Shown here in pieces: positions 12,001 to 26,245 of a stretch of 64,000 nt of DNA. The notes below the pieces were generated by a model, which saw only the letters and a program-made list of their open reading frames with translations, was not told where the DNA came from and did not search any database. How positions within the stretch are numbered: position 1 is the first letter of the stretch; each line of letters begins with the position of its first letter. Source of the stretch: Catajapyx aquilonaris (taxonomy: Eukaryota); contig JYFJ02000684.1 in NCBI GenBank assembly GCA_000934665.2, forward strand, positions 1-64,000. Reading direction: 5' to 3'. Both the position numbers and the translations under genes were made by a program.

Positions 12001-15000
12001 TGAGTATAACAGCAATGACTTCACATTTGTACTGGATAAAATTTAGTCGACACTTGACCTTGTGAATTCATGTTCAAGTACGAGTACACTACCACACTTG
12101 AAGGTGAAGCCTCAGGGTTACATGGACGTTATGGTACACAAATTTTTAGCTAAAAGGCACATAAGATTACTTTTGTTACACATGGTATATACTCGTATGT
12201 CAAAACTACGCAAAAGCAACACATTAAAGTAACAATCAAAGACTATGCCTCTCAATTCATCTTCTTTTTTCTTCAATAGTTCCCTCTCCATTTTGAACTG
12301 AATTTCTGTAGTGGAATGCGACTTCTGCTTCTGTACAAGGTCCTTCTGCAGAGTGGACATCTCCTTGTTCTATGCAAAAGGTGGAAAAAAGGTGGTGCAT
12401 TGACTGAGCCCAGTTTCGTTCTTTACATTCCTTACCAATTTCTCCATACACATTTGGACTTCCAGCTTCAGGTTCCTCTCCGGAATTGTTGTTAACAGTT
12501 TCTGAAGCACTTCCTCGTTCTTATTCAGACTAGAAACATTGGAAGTTAGAAGGGATGGAATTATGATGTGTTAGACAAAATACTTGGAACAAAACCTAAA
12601 TCAAAAGACGGATGAGCACATCCCCTCCCACTTCCATTGTTACATTTCAAAAACCAAAAAAAATAAATCAAACAGTACTAACATCCTCCTAGCAGCTTCC
12701 TCCTTTGCATTGCACTCTTGGAGAAGCGTATCAATCTGAGTCTGCAGATGAGCATTCTCCTGCATGGAATTGACCTCCTTCTTGAGGGCCTGCTCCTTGA
12801 CCTCCAGCGTAGCTTTTTTCGCCTGGTCGGCAACAACCTCACCCTTGACCTTGTTAACGTCCATCTCCTTCTCAACCTGTCTCAGCTGATTCTCCAGCTC
12901 CTCCTTCTGCACTTCCAGATGCTCCACCTGGCTCCCCATCCCTTCAGCCTCACTAAGCCTCTCCCTAACCTTTCTCACTTCTTCTACAAGAGCCTGGATG
13001 GTGGACTCCTTCGAGGAGAGATCTTGTTCCACCTTAGCCTTCTTGCACCTGGCCTCAATCACGTCTTCCTCCAGGCGCTTCATCTCTTGGTCAAAATCAG
13101 CCCTTTCTCCAGCAAGATTCATTTCTGCTGACTCAATACGAGCTTCCAGCACTGCAGAGGCCCTCCGTACATGGTCATCCTCCAGCACGCCACTTGAGGG
13201 GAGGCCAGCTGGAAAGACGAAGATATTTAGTATACTGTACGTATCATTGAATTCAGAAGTATTCCTAATGGGGCATAATTGTAGTGACTTGTTTCCTATG
13301 TTTCAATGCCTCTGCACATGAATTAGAGTTAGAGTAGGTGTGAGAAATTATTGGGAGTTTGGACGATAAAATTGGGAGAGCAGCGTTCCTCCCTCACCAT
13401 CGTCCAGCTTAAGACTCCTCAGCAACTGGTCCCTTACTCCCACGTGCTTCTGTTGCTGCTCAGATTCATTCCTCAGCTTCCCCATCTCAACTGACATACG
13501 AGTTATTTTCATTGACAGTGACTGCTGGTCAGCCTCTCCCTTGGAAATCTGATCATCCAGCTAAAGATGAGAGAAATCTCACGTTAATCACAAGAGTATG
13601 CTAAATGTCAAGAATACGAAGAATTTCAGAACGCACATTTGGAGCAACGTCGTTTCCAGCATTTCCAAATCTGCCTCTCTTACCTTCTTAATATCCTTCT
13701 CCTTCTCTCTGATCTCCTCGTCAAAATTCCGAAGGCTCCTGGTAAGTGCGGTCTCATCAGTTGGTGTGTCCTCCTTCAGTCTTTTCTGCAGTACTTCCAC
13801 CTCTTTATCAAGGTGTTGAAGCATTTCCTCCTTCCTTGCTGCAAACACAAAATACGCTACTGTAACATGTCGTTAAGCCATACGGTTCTATGCTGTTTTA
13901 AAAACTAGTAGTCAAGATGATGCTGTGGAACCTAACCAAAAAAAAAACAACAACTGTATTTATCTTCTCAGCCGGGATTTCCTTCATCCACACCAACATG
14001 CATTGATTAATTAGAACTTTAAAACACTAACCCATTTCCTGCTGCAGACCAAAAAGATTTTGTTCCAGTCCCATGAGTTCTTCCAGCTTAGTAGTCAATG
14101 GCATCAGCTTGCTTTCCAGAATCTCTGAATCATTCACTGTAGAATCCAAGCGACTTCTCTTGACTTTCAGTTCTTCGTTTGTGCGATGAAATATTTGCTT
14201 TCGCTCAGCATACAGCTTCAAACCAACCTCTCTTTTGCCAATATCTGCAATGTTGTTTCCATACTGTAGATATATCATTTTCATTTTAAGAATTCAATAT
14301 CAAATATTTACAACTCAAATAACATTGTGGGTAAAAGAAATCTGATTATTTTTTTAAAAACCGTGCCAAAAAACCTAGAGTAGCTCAGATATCATTAGCC
14401 ACAATGTTCACTAAAAGGCAACAAAATCAATCGTGCAACATTCATTTCACAACCAACAAGCAAGATTTATCCTCAAGCCAGAATAAATAAATAAGCTGGG
14501 GGAGGTGTGGTGGCCGAGATGGTAACGTCTCGGCTTGCTGTGTGAAAGGTCCCAGGTTCGATCCCCGCCTGGGGAACTTTCCTTTCACCTGCGTCAGGAG
14601 GGTCTCTGACCTGCACCAAGGAGGTGTCTGGCAACCTAACCTCCTGGGGAAGAGCACACGACCCTTTTACAGACCTTGCACTTGCACCCGTGTCCCCTCC
14701 CCGAAAATTCCTATCCTTACCCAATTTCCTTGATTCCTTGCACCGAAGTTGAGTTGAGAAACTTGTACAAAAATAAATAAAGGTTCATGCGATATACCCC
14801 CAGTTGGGGGTGAAAGCATTACCCACAATTAATTAATAATAATAATAATAAATAAATAAATAAATAAATAAATAAGCTATAAATTCTTGGCTACCAAAAA
14901 AATTTCCAAAATATAACCAAAACTATGCACTGTATCTTAATATATATTTTAGTTTGTTTGGATGTTTGTCCCTTATAGAAATCCAGGGGAAGGCCCCTAC

Positions 15001-18000
15001 ACCGCCTTAAATGAGCATATCGGGGGTTACATTTTCCAAGGAATCTAACGCCGCATGTTTCAGCTTCCGAAAATGAACCTAACTCCCACAACACGCATAT
15101 TCCCAAATCTTCTCACTTCTCGGGCCTAACAATTAACTTACATCAATAATGTTCAATATATCCATTTGCATTCCCATGGAAATGCCTTTTTAAAAATATG
15201 CCTATTTACCTCCCTGCATCGTACCGCAGGGAGGGAACGTTTATTTCGTCTTGATGGAACCTTTTTGACGTAGCGCCCGGGCCCACGGGCAGGGTGACTA
15301 AGGTGCAAGTGCAATTCTCAAAGGGTACATTTTGTGAACTCCCCCGGGTGGATTCGTCTGAGGAGATTCCACCCGAAACGAAGCCAGAGACGACCCAACT
15401 CTGCACGAGATGAAGGACCCGGGACCTTAACATCCGTGGGCGCATTTCCGCAGCTCCACTTTGTCTCCCCTAGGAAATGCCCTTATGCCACAATACCTAG
15501 CAAATTAAACCATCTCCGTAAATTCAGCGCATCCACCAATTACGCTAATTGGCCACCTCACGTGAGTTCGTATCGGCTGAAGTCAAGTATACGGGACATT
15601 CCCCGAATCAATTTGGAAACAGTACCTGCGGCTTGCTGACCCTTTGAATCGCTGGGGTTGAAGTCCGGGAAGTGACCAGGGACCCCGCAATTAATTCCTC
15701 AAGTTGGACCAGAATACAGATGGTGTCATTGTTTCTCTCAGTCAGTTCGAATCGTAAGTTGCTAGGTTACGGAGAAAAACTCCAGCTCAAGAAAGCGTAC
15801 AATCCTCTGGCCCCTCCCAACAATACTGAGGCGCAAACGCTGCAGCTACCTGCCACCAGCCCTCAGCATACCGATGATGAAGATGATGATGATGATGATG
15901 ATGATACATACATCTTGTAAATCAGTCATATTTAGAAGCCTTCTCGGCTAATGCACAGTCTAACTGAATTCCAATTTGATTTGAGGTGATTAAAGCATGG
16001 AATAGCCCTTTGTCTAGGTGATGCTGTATGGCTTTTTGTATCCGCAACAGTACTGTCCATTGTTGTGGCCCTGCCAGGCACTGTACGTCGCCCGTGCGTG
16101 ATATTTTTAGCTTTTGCGGAGCGATAGCGGAGCTGGGCGCTTATTGTGGGTTTCTGTATCCGCCTACAATGCGGTCCTCATTGTGTGCCGCAGGCCAACG
16201 AACGTTATTGTGGCTTTGTCGAGTGCAAAATTTACCTCCACAGAGTCTGTTAAACCAACTAATGACAAGCGACGTCACAATCCGCCCGCATCCACCCTAC
16301 TCTCCCCTCCAATCATGTCCACGACTCACTCTGCAGACATACTACTGCTCATGCTCAGAAAACACGGCTGGTGTGACCTCATGTCGTTCTGCAGCAACCA
16401 TCATAGCATTTAAATTTGCCACCTCTTGCCCAGCACTCCCAACCCCGCCGCGCCGCGTCTCTAGATGCGGATAAACAATAAACTCTTCAGATTTTCATTG
16501 TTGCCTAACGCTTTCTTGAGCTGGAGTGTTTCTCCGTAACCTAGCAACTTATGATTCGAACCGAGAGAAACAATGACACCATCTGTATTCTGGTTCAACT
16601 TGAGGAATTAATTGGGTGGTTACAAACAAAATTTTCCACCATGCATCTGTACGTACAGTACATTTCTAAACTTCTTTAGAGCAAACATATGGAACGAGGT
16701 GGGGGTGTGATTGCATCTTATAAGGCCCATTTTAAGACATTTCGAGTTTCGAGTGTATGGAAGGGAAATTTTTACAAACACATCTCCTAATATACTGTAT
16801 AGTGTATATGGACCCCTACATTTACCAGCACCCCAACATACCCGGGCAACGCCGGGTAACCTGCTAGTTTAGTTTAATGGGGAAAATGCATCTATGCTTC
16901 CCAGTGGAAAACATATGTGCTTTCCTTGGGAAGCATTGGTATTTCAACATTTCGTAAATAAGAGCTCACCCGTATTCATTTCCTTAAACAGCTTGTGAAG
17001 ATTATCCATGCACTTGATGTACTTTGTGGCACTGAAAATGGCATCAAATCGTTCCTTCACTTTCTTGCCCTCGTCCAAAGGCCTGAGAAATGAAAAAAAA
17101 AATACATTTTCAAAATAGTAGCAGCAAACGGATGTCAATAGACATCGGAATTCCTTTTCTGCGAAACATAAACCGAGTGTCTTACCAGTTGGATTCCTCC
17201 TGATGGCAGAATATGACGCTGTCCAGAATGGCTCTTGAAACCCCCAGTGAGTTTGACATCTCCACATTGACTTCCAAGCACTTGCTGCTTATGTCCGATA
17301 CCTGTATCAAAAGACAAATATGATCACCTGAAATCATGAACAGGAGCAAAAAGCAAGTTATATTGATACACAAATGTGCCATCATTGCCGTTTACCTCCC
17401 TCCCCGATCCTCATTTTAACAATTAAAGTATTGCACATCAATAATATTCCGTCTGACAGTAGGAAACAACCAACAACCAACATTTCAACTCTAATGTAGT
17501 CCATTATCACACAATTTTTAGTGCCACTCACAGTAGTCCTCATTCGTAACTATCACCAGATCTTGCTCAGTGACACACTTACATTATAATTATGTGGCTC
17601 ATTACACAAGCACAAAAAAAAAAAAAAAATCGCTGCCGTAGCAAACCAATTCTGGCCGCAGATTGTTTACGTAATGTGACCTCACCACTCCAGTGTCCAG
17701 GTTTCTCCTCCTGAGTGTGGAGTCGAGGGTTCGCATGTTGCTATTAGTTCCTTTGTATGTGGACACGATGGAACGAGTGATAATCACCTTGTCGCGGCCA
17801 TTACAATCATTGAAGCTGAGTTTCACCTGGGCCTTCACCTGAAAAATATGACAAGAGTTTGCCTCTGGTCAAGTACAACATAATTTCTATTGTGCTCCTA
17901 AACTTTAGATTAACCCAAAAATTATGCAGGACCCAAAAAATCTGAAATTTCCTCCATTTTGCCAATTATATACCAGAAAAAGCATATTTTCCCTTCAAGG

Positions 18001-18545
18001 GGCCAAGAAAGGGTCTGTTACAGCCGACATTAGGTGAAATGAGTCTGTTATATCAGGAGTGAAAATACGCAGGGCCTTTTGCTGGGATTGGCCTTTCGAG
18101 CCAGTTATAACTGAAAGTCCGTTATAGCCCGTCATATCTGGATTCAACTGTGTAAAAATTTGAATACATATTCGTTTTAATTGGCTCTCTTGACATGATA
18201 TTCCCGCAGAACATTGGCTTAAAGTCGAGTTAAGCGACTTACCTCCGGAACCTTGGCTATCTTCGGATCGTGGATAAACGCGCTTCCTCTTCCAGTGTTG
18301 GGAGGCATGTCTCCTGTCGTCACATACTTCAGGCACTCGATTATGGTCTGAAAATTTAAAAAAGCGTCACGTTAGACCCATGACCACACCGCAAGCAGCA
18401 GAGGTGCAATACGCACGGTCTTCCCGCATCCATTGTCGCCCAGGATGACAGTCATGGGTGAGAGGAAGGCCAGCTCCTGCCTGTTCACATCCCGCGGGCC
18501 GAAGCTCCTGATGCCCAGGATGCTCATCTTGTCCAGGGTCGCCAT
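9096..18545 (-). CDS. RAD50: DNA repair protein RAD50 (multi-exon)
   Basis: [17 protein letters not shown], Walker [24 protein letters not shown], long coiled coils, zinc hook CPLC (~11745-11756), signature MRGRCSAGQ, Walker [13 protein letters not shown]-loop IITHD; last exon [17 protein letters not shown] on minus strand at 8957-8962. Confidence 0.97.
14498..14862 (+). mobile_element. tRNA-derived SINE in a RAD50 intron
   Basis: A box TGGCCGAGATGG and B box GGTTCGATCCC in a tRNA-like head; (TAA)n/(TAAA)n tail; direct repeat AATAAATAAATAAGCT at 14482-14497 and 14863-14878. Confidence 0.85.
14935..16867 (+). mobile_element. Non-autonomous Helitron-like element
   Basis: 3' hairpin ACCCGGGCAACGCCGGGT (16840-16857) then CTAG (16864-16867) and T; candidate 5' end A|TCTTAATATATATTTTAGTTTGTTTG; 5' boundary less certain. 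Confidence 0.6.
15688..16614. mobile_element. Nested non-autonomous TIR element with ~110-bp TIRs
   Basis: 15688-15799 CAATTAATTCCTCAAGTTGG...CTCAAGAAAGCGT is a near-perfect reverse complement of ~16508-16614; internal (GAT)n at ~15873-15905; superfamily not assigned. Confidence 0.75.
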
Positions 18546-18581
18546 CTCCCACGCTTCTTGCTGCATGAGGAACCCAAAGAG

Positions 18582-18677
18582 GCAACAATGTACACCAACA
18601 ATGTAAAAGCAACGGCAACAATGTAAAAGCAACCATGTACAGCAACAATGTAAAGCAACAATGGGTAAAGCAACAAT
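18582..18677. repeat. Degenerate minisatellite (~GCAACAATGTAAA, about 7 units) in the RAD50 5'UTR intron
   Basis: Repeated CAACAATG(TA) units between the acceptor (~18561) and donor (~18706). Confidence 0.75.
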
Positions 18678-18834
18678 TAAGTCTGGAATGTAGGATCGGG
18701 CCTCACCAAACGGCCAGAAATCCGGTGTTGGAAGAATCCGGGCAGACTGGAGAACACACGGTGGCGGACGGAGAACAAATTGGAACAAAAGCGGCCGGCG
18801 GAATCAGAGAAAGAACCGTTTCAGATTCAGAGAA

Positions 18835-18865
18835 CACGCGCCATTTTAGTCGGCCATCTTTGATT
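18835..18865 (-). promoter_or_regulatory. RAD50 promoter/TSS region with two YY1-like motifs
   Basis: Minus strand reads AAGATGGCCG and AAAATGGCGC, upstream of the 5'UTR donor at ~18706. Confidence 0.45.
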
Positions 18866-19112
18866 TAGGCCCACCAGTGTTTCTTCATGAGGCCGCCAGA
18901 TAAAAAAAAAACAGCGCTTCCGATCAGCTTCAGTATATTGCCGTATACAGCGCTGAAAGACTAGTAAACTAGGGAAACATGGAGATATAAAGGCTGCATT
19001 TTTCTTACATACAAACGTTCATTTTCACGTTACAACAAAAATAATTATGGGGATGACTTGACATTGAGGCAAACTCTGTTCGCAATTTATGGTTGGACAC
19101 TGCCGATGAGAG

Positions 19113-22100
19113 TCATTTCTCTGCGAGTAGTGCCCACGATTCGTCATGTCCGTCCTTATTCCCACGATGGCTGCGTGATGGCCTCCATTGGTGCCACCAA
19201 GTAAAGAACGTCACGGAGATCGCAAACTGGCAAAGATAATATTGTGCCGAATTGTATATCCAGGAAGAATATTAATACAGGGTGGTCCAAGTTCAAGTGT
19301 CGTTTTTATAACGGCGATTAATAGCAGCTCTTGATAGCAGTGATTTTGCGATGACGTAGCAGCGACGCGTAAAATGTCCCACTTCGGCGCATCTTCGGCG
19401 CAATCGAAGTGGGCAATTTTACACGTCGCTGCTACGTCATAGTTAAGCGCTTCTATTAATCGCCGTTATAAAACGACACTTGAACTTGGACCACCCTGTA
19501 TATCGAGCAATTTTTTTTTGCTTCTCGAGCGACTGGGCTGCAGCATCTTTTGGTTCAGATATGCTTCCCTTGAGCAGACCAAAGCGATGATGGACACCAA
19601 TCATTCGACAAGAAAAATATGCTGCAGTGCTTGACATGCGCCTTATTCACTCTATATCATAATTAACAAACTCACCAATGACAAATTGGCGAAAGCGATT
19701 ATGGTTGTGGACATTCCGAAGCCACAAAATTCCGTCAGAATTCCGCTGATAGAGGGACCTACGGTGTCTCTGCAATTAATTTTAGTACATGTTACATATG
19801 TGTTTACATGCAAATTGGCAAAATAGGCCCGAGATAGTGAACGGAACGGATTGGTCGTTTTTCCGCGCGCCATTAATAATTTTTCCCATGGATTTGACAA
19901 TTACGCAGATTCATCAAGGTTGCGCAGAAAAATGTTGACCCAGACATTCCGGAAAATTCAAACTCATGGCCCAGATTGTCTGTGGCCCTAATTAGTTGGA
20001 ATTAATACATTACCCAAGGCAGTACATTGAGCCCCAGAGACCTCCAACGATACTGCACGTCCCCATGTCATACTTCATACCTCCGTCCCTGCATTTCATA
20101 AATGGAAGAGTTTTTATTTGTATGGACAAATTAATATACATTCACATTTTTAATTATTTTCTTATATTAAAAAGGGTGGAACATTGCGTGTTTTTTTTTT
20201 TGGCAAATCAATTCCTTGGTGTTCACCCGGACATTACGATACTCAAAGAAAGACATCATTATTCAGGGTTTGATCAGGAAGACATATATTCATCTACGAG
20301 CATGGTAGGATGATCACCACCTGCATTTGCCTTTACAACAATGCAACTTACGTAATGTAGTCAATCAAGGCTGAATAGGTCGGGACCACAACAACAGCGC
20401 AGGAGACTCCAATAATGGACAAGGACACCAGATTCAGCCACATGGCCCTGTAATTGCGAAACTGATGATTAGCGCGTGTGAGTATAATAATAATACACGT
20501 GACACATATGCATATACTTTGGCAGGAAAGGAAGGAATGGCGAAGGTCCGATGAGGAGAAAGCCCACTGCCGAGAAGACCAGTCCAGTAGACATGAGTCG
20601 CCATGGTCGATTCACTCTGTCTCCAAATGCTCCGACCACTGGACAAGATACTGCGTATATTCCGGACAGAAAAAGGAAGAACAGGCCCACCGTTTGAGGG
20701 GTCAGATCGAACTGAAAATGTGCAAAGGTCGTGATTGATTTTTTTAAATCACTTGATTGACTGAAACTGATGCGACTTGGACATCACCCTGTATTCATTT
20801 CGAAATTCACAGTACCTGCTGAAGATGTACGGCAAAGATTGGGTTCAGGTAGGTCCAGAGTACTGAAGCAAACATGGTCATGAGGGCCACCATGACTGTC
20901 GGTGGGTGTTGCAATACTTTTATAATGTCGCTACTCTTTGGAGGAGAGCAGCACCCTGTAGTATATACACAAGGAATTCAAAACGATGTTGCTGTGGGAA
21001 TCGTGTAATGTAATCGACAAACCTTGTACCGACTGCATAATGCACGACAAGAACGAGACGTTGACAACTGCAAACGCTCCGAGAGCCACGAAAGGCGTCG
21101 GATAACCTCCTAGCTGCAAATTTAAATAAGAATAATAAACACAATAGCGATATAAGACGACCGAGCATATACTTACTCCATACAAGAGTCCTCCGATTCC
21201 GGGACCCACGCTGTACCCGAAGCCCATAGCCATCTCTATTACACCCTGTGAGAGAACATACAGTCTTATACAGGTCAAGGTCAACCACCAGGGAGGCGGA
21301 CAATGACAATCATATTATGGTAATATAACCTACTAAGTATATGCCAAAAATATTTAAAGAAGCAACGCTCAAGCAAAAAGAATCTTCTAAATTATTTTTG
21401 GTGTGGTTACACTGATTGTCAGAAACCTCTTTTATGACATAAACTGTGCATTATTACCATGATAGTTCCCATGTTCTTCGGAAACAGGATGGCCATAGAC
21501 GTGATGGTTGCTGTTAGAAAGGCAGCGGCTCCCACAGCTTCCACTGCTCGAATCAGGAAGCAAAACACTGTGAACGTTGTCAAGTCTTCCACTTGGCCCA
21601 GAAAACTGCGAGATTAATATATTTTACGCATTTAAAAATTTAAGCATCTCCTTAGACATCATCGTTATAAAAATGCTATTATAGTGCTACGTTAGGTGCA
21701 AGAACGTGTCATTTTCCGCCCCCACATCATGCACAACTATAGCATCACAGATAATAAGGATCCCCAGCTGTGTACGACCGATCATTATTCCAGTATCGGT
21801 AAAAAAAAAAATTAGTCACCCAAAGAGGATGTAGCAGACTCCGGAAGTGGTCATTCCGCCCATCATAACCTTCTTCACGCCCAAATTCGGGGTCTGCAAC
21901 AAGAGGGGGAAAATATCATAACTTCAAGTGGGCATACACAGAAAGACAACTTTTTCTCGAAGGTCCAAAACCAACAGAGAAACGCACTGTGAACCACATA
22001 AACTATAACACGAAATTAATGTATAACCATTTGCATTATCATCTCTGCACTTTCATTACGTACAGCATCGCGGTACATGAGAAGCAGCATTGGACTTACA

Positions 22101-22427
22101 ATTTTCCCAAAGAGTGGACAGGCCAAGACGTTGAATAGAGCGAAGCATCCGAAGACAAGCCCGGTCACAGATGGACTCATCCCTTTCTGGGCAGCCTATA
22201 GAAATTGACCACACTTGTGCCATCAGGTTAAAAGGTTAATAAGGGACACGACGAACCTGTCCGGGGAAAAATGGTCCCTGAAGAGAAAGAGTGCTGCAGT
22301 TGACCAGGTTCAGCCATACCAGATACGCAACTGTCCGGGATTCGTATCCGGACAGTCCCCGGACAAGTGCGATGACCCCTTTTTTGGTGGTGACCTGAGC
22401 AGCTGACCCAGCACCACTCGCATCCAT
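19113..22427 (-). CDS. SLC18B1-like MFS transporter, copy A (12 coding exons, intact)
   Basis: Exons: MDASGAG...SLQGPFFPGQ; AAQKGMSPSVTGLVFGCFA; FLIRAVEAVGAAAFLTA; GFGYSVGPGIGGLLY; LGGYPTPF; WTYLNPIF; FLLIGPSPFLP; GDTVGPSISG; ends ...WALLAEK*; phases join in frame. Confidence 0.88.
19278..19498. mobile_element. Tc1/mariner-type MITE, almost fully palindromic, in the last intron of copy A
   Basis: TA|CAGGGTGGTCCAAGTTCAAGTGTCG...CGACACTTGAACTTGGACCACCCTG|TA; internal arms are also complementary. Confidence 0.9.
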
Positions 22428-23280
22428 CTTTCACTTGGGCGAGTCACGTCCCCAGCACGTCTGATTCCTATCCCTTCCTACGACGTGACTGATTATTATG
22501 CTTCCGACCCATGCTGATTATAATAATACAATCCCTATATCATACCATATGTATGTCCATCTACAGATTAACATGCAAATGACAAGTTCGCGTCCTACTT
22601 GGTTACAGTCATATTTGCATGGTAATACTAAATCTAAGTGCTGAGTTCGCTCATAACTTATACACAGTAATTTTTATTTTAATGAGAACATATATGGACA
22701 TATGTGGACATTTGCCAGGGTGAATCGCCTCTTTGGAAGCCATATGTGGCGAAATGCGAAATTTTTGCAATATGCTGGAAGTGCACATTGCTTGTCATAC
22801 ACTGTCCAATCCTCTGCTCCAGGGAATGAGTTGATTTTATTTAACTCATCAATAAATTGGTATATGAAAAGAAGGAGCCATTTCGAAAACACATGTATAT
22901 TAGGCCTATTATTTTATTGGTCGAGCTTGTTGCGTCATTTCAAACTGGTTTCTTGAATAAACAACTATCCAGAAATTCTTCACATATTTACATTTTTATA
23001 TTTGTATAATTCCCCCAAAAATGGTCAAACACTGAGAATTCGGTGATATGTACAATTAAAGAGGAATATGTCATTTTCAGAACTCATTGTACAGAATATT
23101 TAATCTATGATTAACAAATTATTGTGACAAAATAGGTCTTATGATAATATAATATCATGATATTATGCCCTAAAAATAATGCAAATTAGGATTTGAATTT
23201 TCAAACAAAACTTGAGGATCGACATCGTAGTTTTCTGGCAAGGAAACACGATTCTGATGAATATGATGACTGTGATGATG

Positions 23281-26245
23281 CTAAAGATGTCGATCAGTTT
23301 GCGCAGATGCACCCGATGAGTCAGTCTTCGTCCTTCCGGAGGCCACGAGGGGAGTGGACTCTCCGGGTCTGCTTCTCACGAGGCACCAACAACTCCTCCA
23401 GTGGTGCCAACAAGCGAAGAAAGTCGCCACAACCACAGACTGAAGCATGAAACAAAAAGTCATGAAATCATGAAAGCAAAAGCTGTCATATCCCATAGAA
23501 ACATACCATGAAAAAATTGAAGACACCAGCGATTGTGGTGGACATTTCAAATCCGTAGTGATCCACGAGGATACCACTTGTGGATGGACCAATCGTATCT
23601 CTGGAAGAGTGAAAAAAGCACGTCAAACTTGCCATTTCATGATGTCACCTCGCGTCACATTTACCCGAGGTAAAACATGGAGGACCACACACCCCCGATG
23701 ACGCTGTATGTCCCTATGCTGTCCTCCATGCCACCATCCCTGCAATAAGTTAAAATCACGTCTGTAGAATCTGATAATTTCTCCTTCGTTGACGTACTGT
23801 ATACTTGGCGTAATCTATGAAGGACTGGTAGGTCGGCACCAAAACCATGGCGCAGGTGACTGCAATGATGGCCAGGGACACCAGGTTCAGCCAGATGGTT
23901 CTGAGGAAACACAAGCTCTTGTAATTGGGTGGCCAGCTCCACATTGTTACGCCAACAATGCAACTGACTTGGGCAAGAAGTCCAGGAAACTCGAGGGTCC
24001 GATCAGGAGGAACCCAACAGATGAGAGTGCAAGTCCAACGGCCATGAGTGGCCAGGTACGATTCATGGCGTCTCCTATGGCGCCTACGATTGGGCATGAT
24101 ATGGCATAGATGCCTGCTGCCCACACGAAAAACAGTCCCAGGATTTGAGGTGACAGGTCAAACTGGAAGAATAAATTGGGCTTTGGGTCAACAGTACAAA
24201 GAGGTTGCCCGAAACTTCTTTTTCGACATAAGAACAAAAAGGACATGGTAACAAAAAGCACTGCGACAACCATGCTGAGCAATAGCATAATAAGATCTAA
24301 TGCAGCCATCTTTGATGCATATCAAAATGACATAAGTGTTTGGGAGGCTGCTCTATTTGCAGGTTTTCTGGCATTTGTTGCACATGACACAACTATACTC
24401 ACTTGCTGAAGATGTATGGCCAATGTAGGCTGCAGGTACGTCCAGATCAATGAGCCGAACATGGTCATGAACGCAATCACTACCGTGGGTGGGTGCTTGA
24501 AGAATGAAAATATGCTTCCACTCCTGGGGTGAGTTGCTTCAAATTGATAAAAAATATTACAAAATTGCACATGTAGATGCATCACAATCGAGGCATTGCA
24601 GTTTACTAACCATCACAGGCGTGTATTAAGCACGCCAGGCACGGGATATTTATCAGGATGATCGTTCCCAATGTAACAAACGGTGCTGGATATCCTCCCC
24701 ACTGGGAAGGACAGTCATGCATGTTTCATTGCGGCGCAATTAGTATCAGAGATTCTCAAGACAGTCTATACATACAGCGTACAGGAACCCTCCAATCCCA
24801 GGTCCTATGCTGAGACCCAAACCAATGGACATCTCCGTAACACCCTAAGGATTTAAAAGGGGCCGATTAATCGAGGATTCTGTTCGCTTTGCAGAGAAAT
24901 GTCTTACCATAATGGTTCCCATATTTTTGGGAAACATGGTGGCCATCAGCGTGATGGTCGATGTCAAAAAGGCGGCTGCTCCAAGCGCTTCCATGATTCG
25001 AACCAAAAAGCAAAACAATGTGAACAAAGTCAAGTTGTCCAGCTTGTCCAATAAACTAAGGAGAAAAAACTCAATGAGTAAGGGTGGAATTCAGAGGGAC
25101 CAACTTTTTAGGAAGAGTTTCAACTTCAGAGTGAAGAAGAAAGAAATGAAACGAAAAGAGTGGAAGCAGGTTATACCCAAAGAGAATGTTGCATACTCCA
25201 GAAAGGGCCAGTCCGGACATCATCACCCTCTTCAGTCCCAAATGAGGGGTCTGTGTATGTATAGCATATGATATCAGATTAATATGAATTTGAATAAGCA
25301 AATGTTACAGCCGTTCTCACCACTCACAATTTTGCCAAATATTGGGCAGGCCACGAAGTTGACCATCGCAAAACATCCGAACACCAGACCCGTCACTGAA
25401 GGACTCATTCCTTTCATCGCAGCCTGTTGATATTTTAGTGTCGTATAAGAGTTGCTGAGGTGTAATATCAGTATATGGCCTAATTAGGGAACTTATGGTC
25501 GACATTAGTAGATGAAAATAATTCATTTCTGTCGTATGTTAATCAAGATACACTTTACCACTTAACAGTATAGGGGAACAAAAGGATTATAGCTCTCAAA
25601 TAATTAGATATCCCGATCATTATAGCCTACTGTACGTGTAAAAACTGTTGGTGTACGCTCTCCATAATTATGTTACATTAATGCTGTATACTGTACAATC
25701 AGGTTCAGGAATGACCTTTCAATCCTTTCCACTCAGCAAAAAAAAATCGATGACTATGACTCAACACTTTTTGACACTCACTCTCTGATCTGAAATTGAA
25801 CTACCCTACACTATGATATCGTCATGTGGAAAGGATGTTCAGCTCCATATTTTTCAGGAAGAAAAATAATGAACTCCATCACCTTTCAAGTCAGACATGA
25901 CTGTCCATAGGAAAAACAATAATAATAACACTTCACTATGGAAAGATCCCGCCAAGTTGTGCAAATCCATATAGGTGACATCACATCATGTTAATGTTAT
26001 ACAGTGCGTGGGTGGTGGGGTGACGTCACTATAAAATGGATCAGACAGTGACAATAACACAAACTGACCTCCCCAGGGAAGAAGGGAGCCAGGACGGAGA
26101 GAGTGGCGAAGTTGAGGAAGTCCAGCCAGAGGATGGAGGCCACGGTGAGGACCTCCTTTCGAGAGAGGCTCCTCAGGAAGGAGATCACTCCGTTGCTCCT
26201 TGTCCTCTCGCCCGATCCGACATCATCGATGATGATGGCACCCAT
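23281..26245 (-). CDS. SLC18B1-like MFS transporter, copy B (12 coding exons, apparently intact)
   Basis: MGAIIIDDV...SVLAPFFPGE; FLVRIMEALGAAAF; GLGLSIGPGIGGFLY; WTYLQPTL; FLLIGPSSFL; GDTIGPSTSG; ends ...QTDRHL*; exon 7 needs an AAG acceptor. Confidence 0.88.

Noticed and set aside
10281..13321. Plus-strand Leu/Ser-rich ORFs
   Set aside because: Antisense shadows of RAD50 coiled-coil exons
14503..14572. tRNA gene (Ala-like)
   Set aside because: No proper acceptor or anticodon stems; followed by a body, AT-rich tail and TSD, so it is a SINE head
15345..15400. Hammerhead ribozyme (CTGAGGA...GAAAC)
   Set aside because: No stem II, and no UH cleavage site with a consistent stem I/III; a competing GGGTGGA/TCCACCC hairpin explains the structure
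18015..18150. pogo/Tigger-like MITE end
   Set aside because: Only one degenerate terminus; no partner TIR or TSD found
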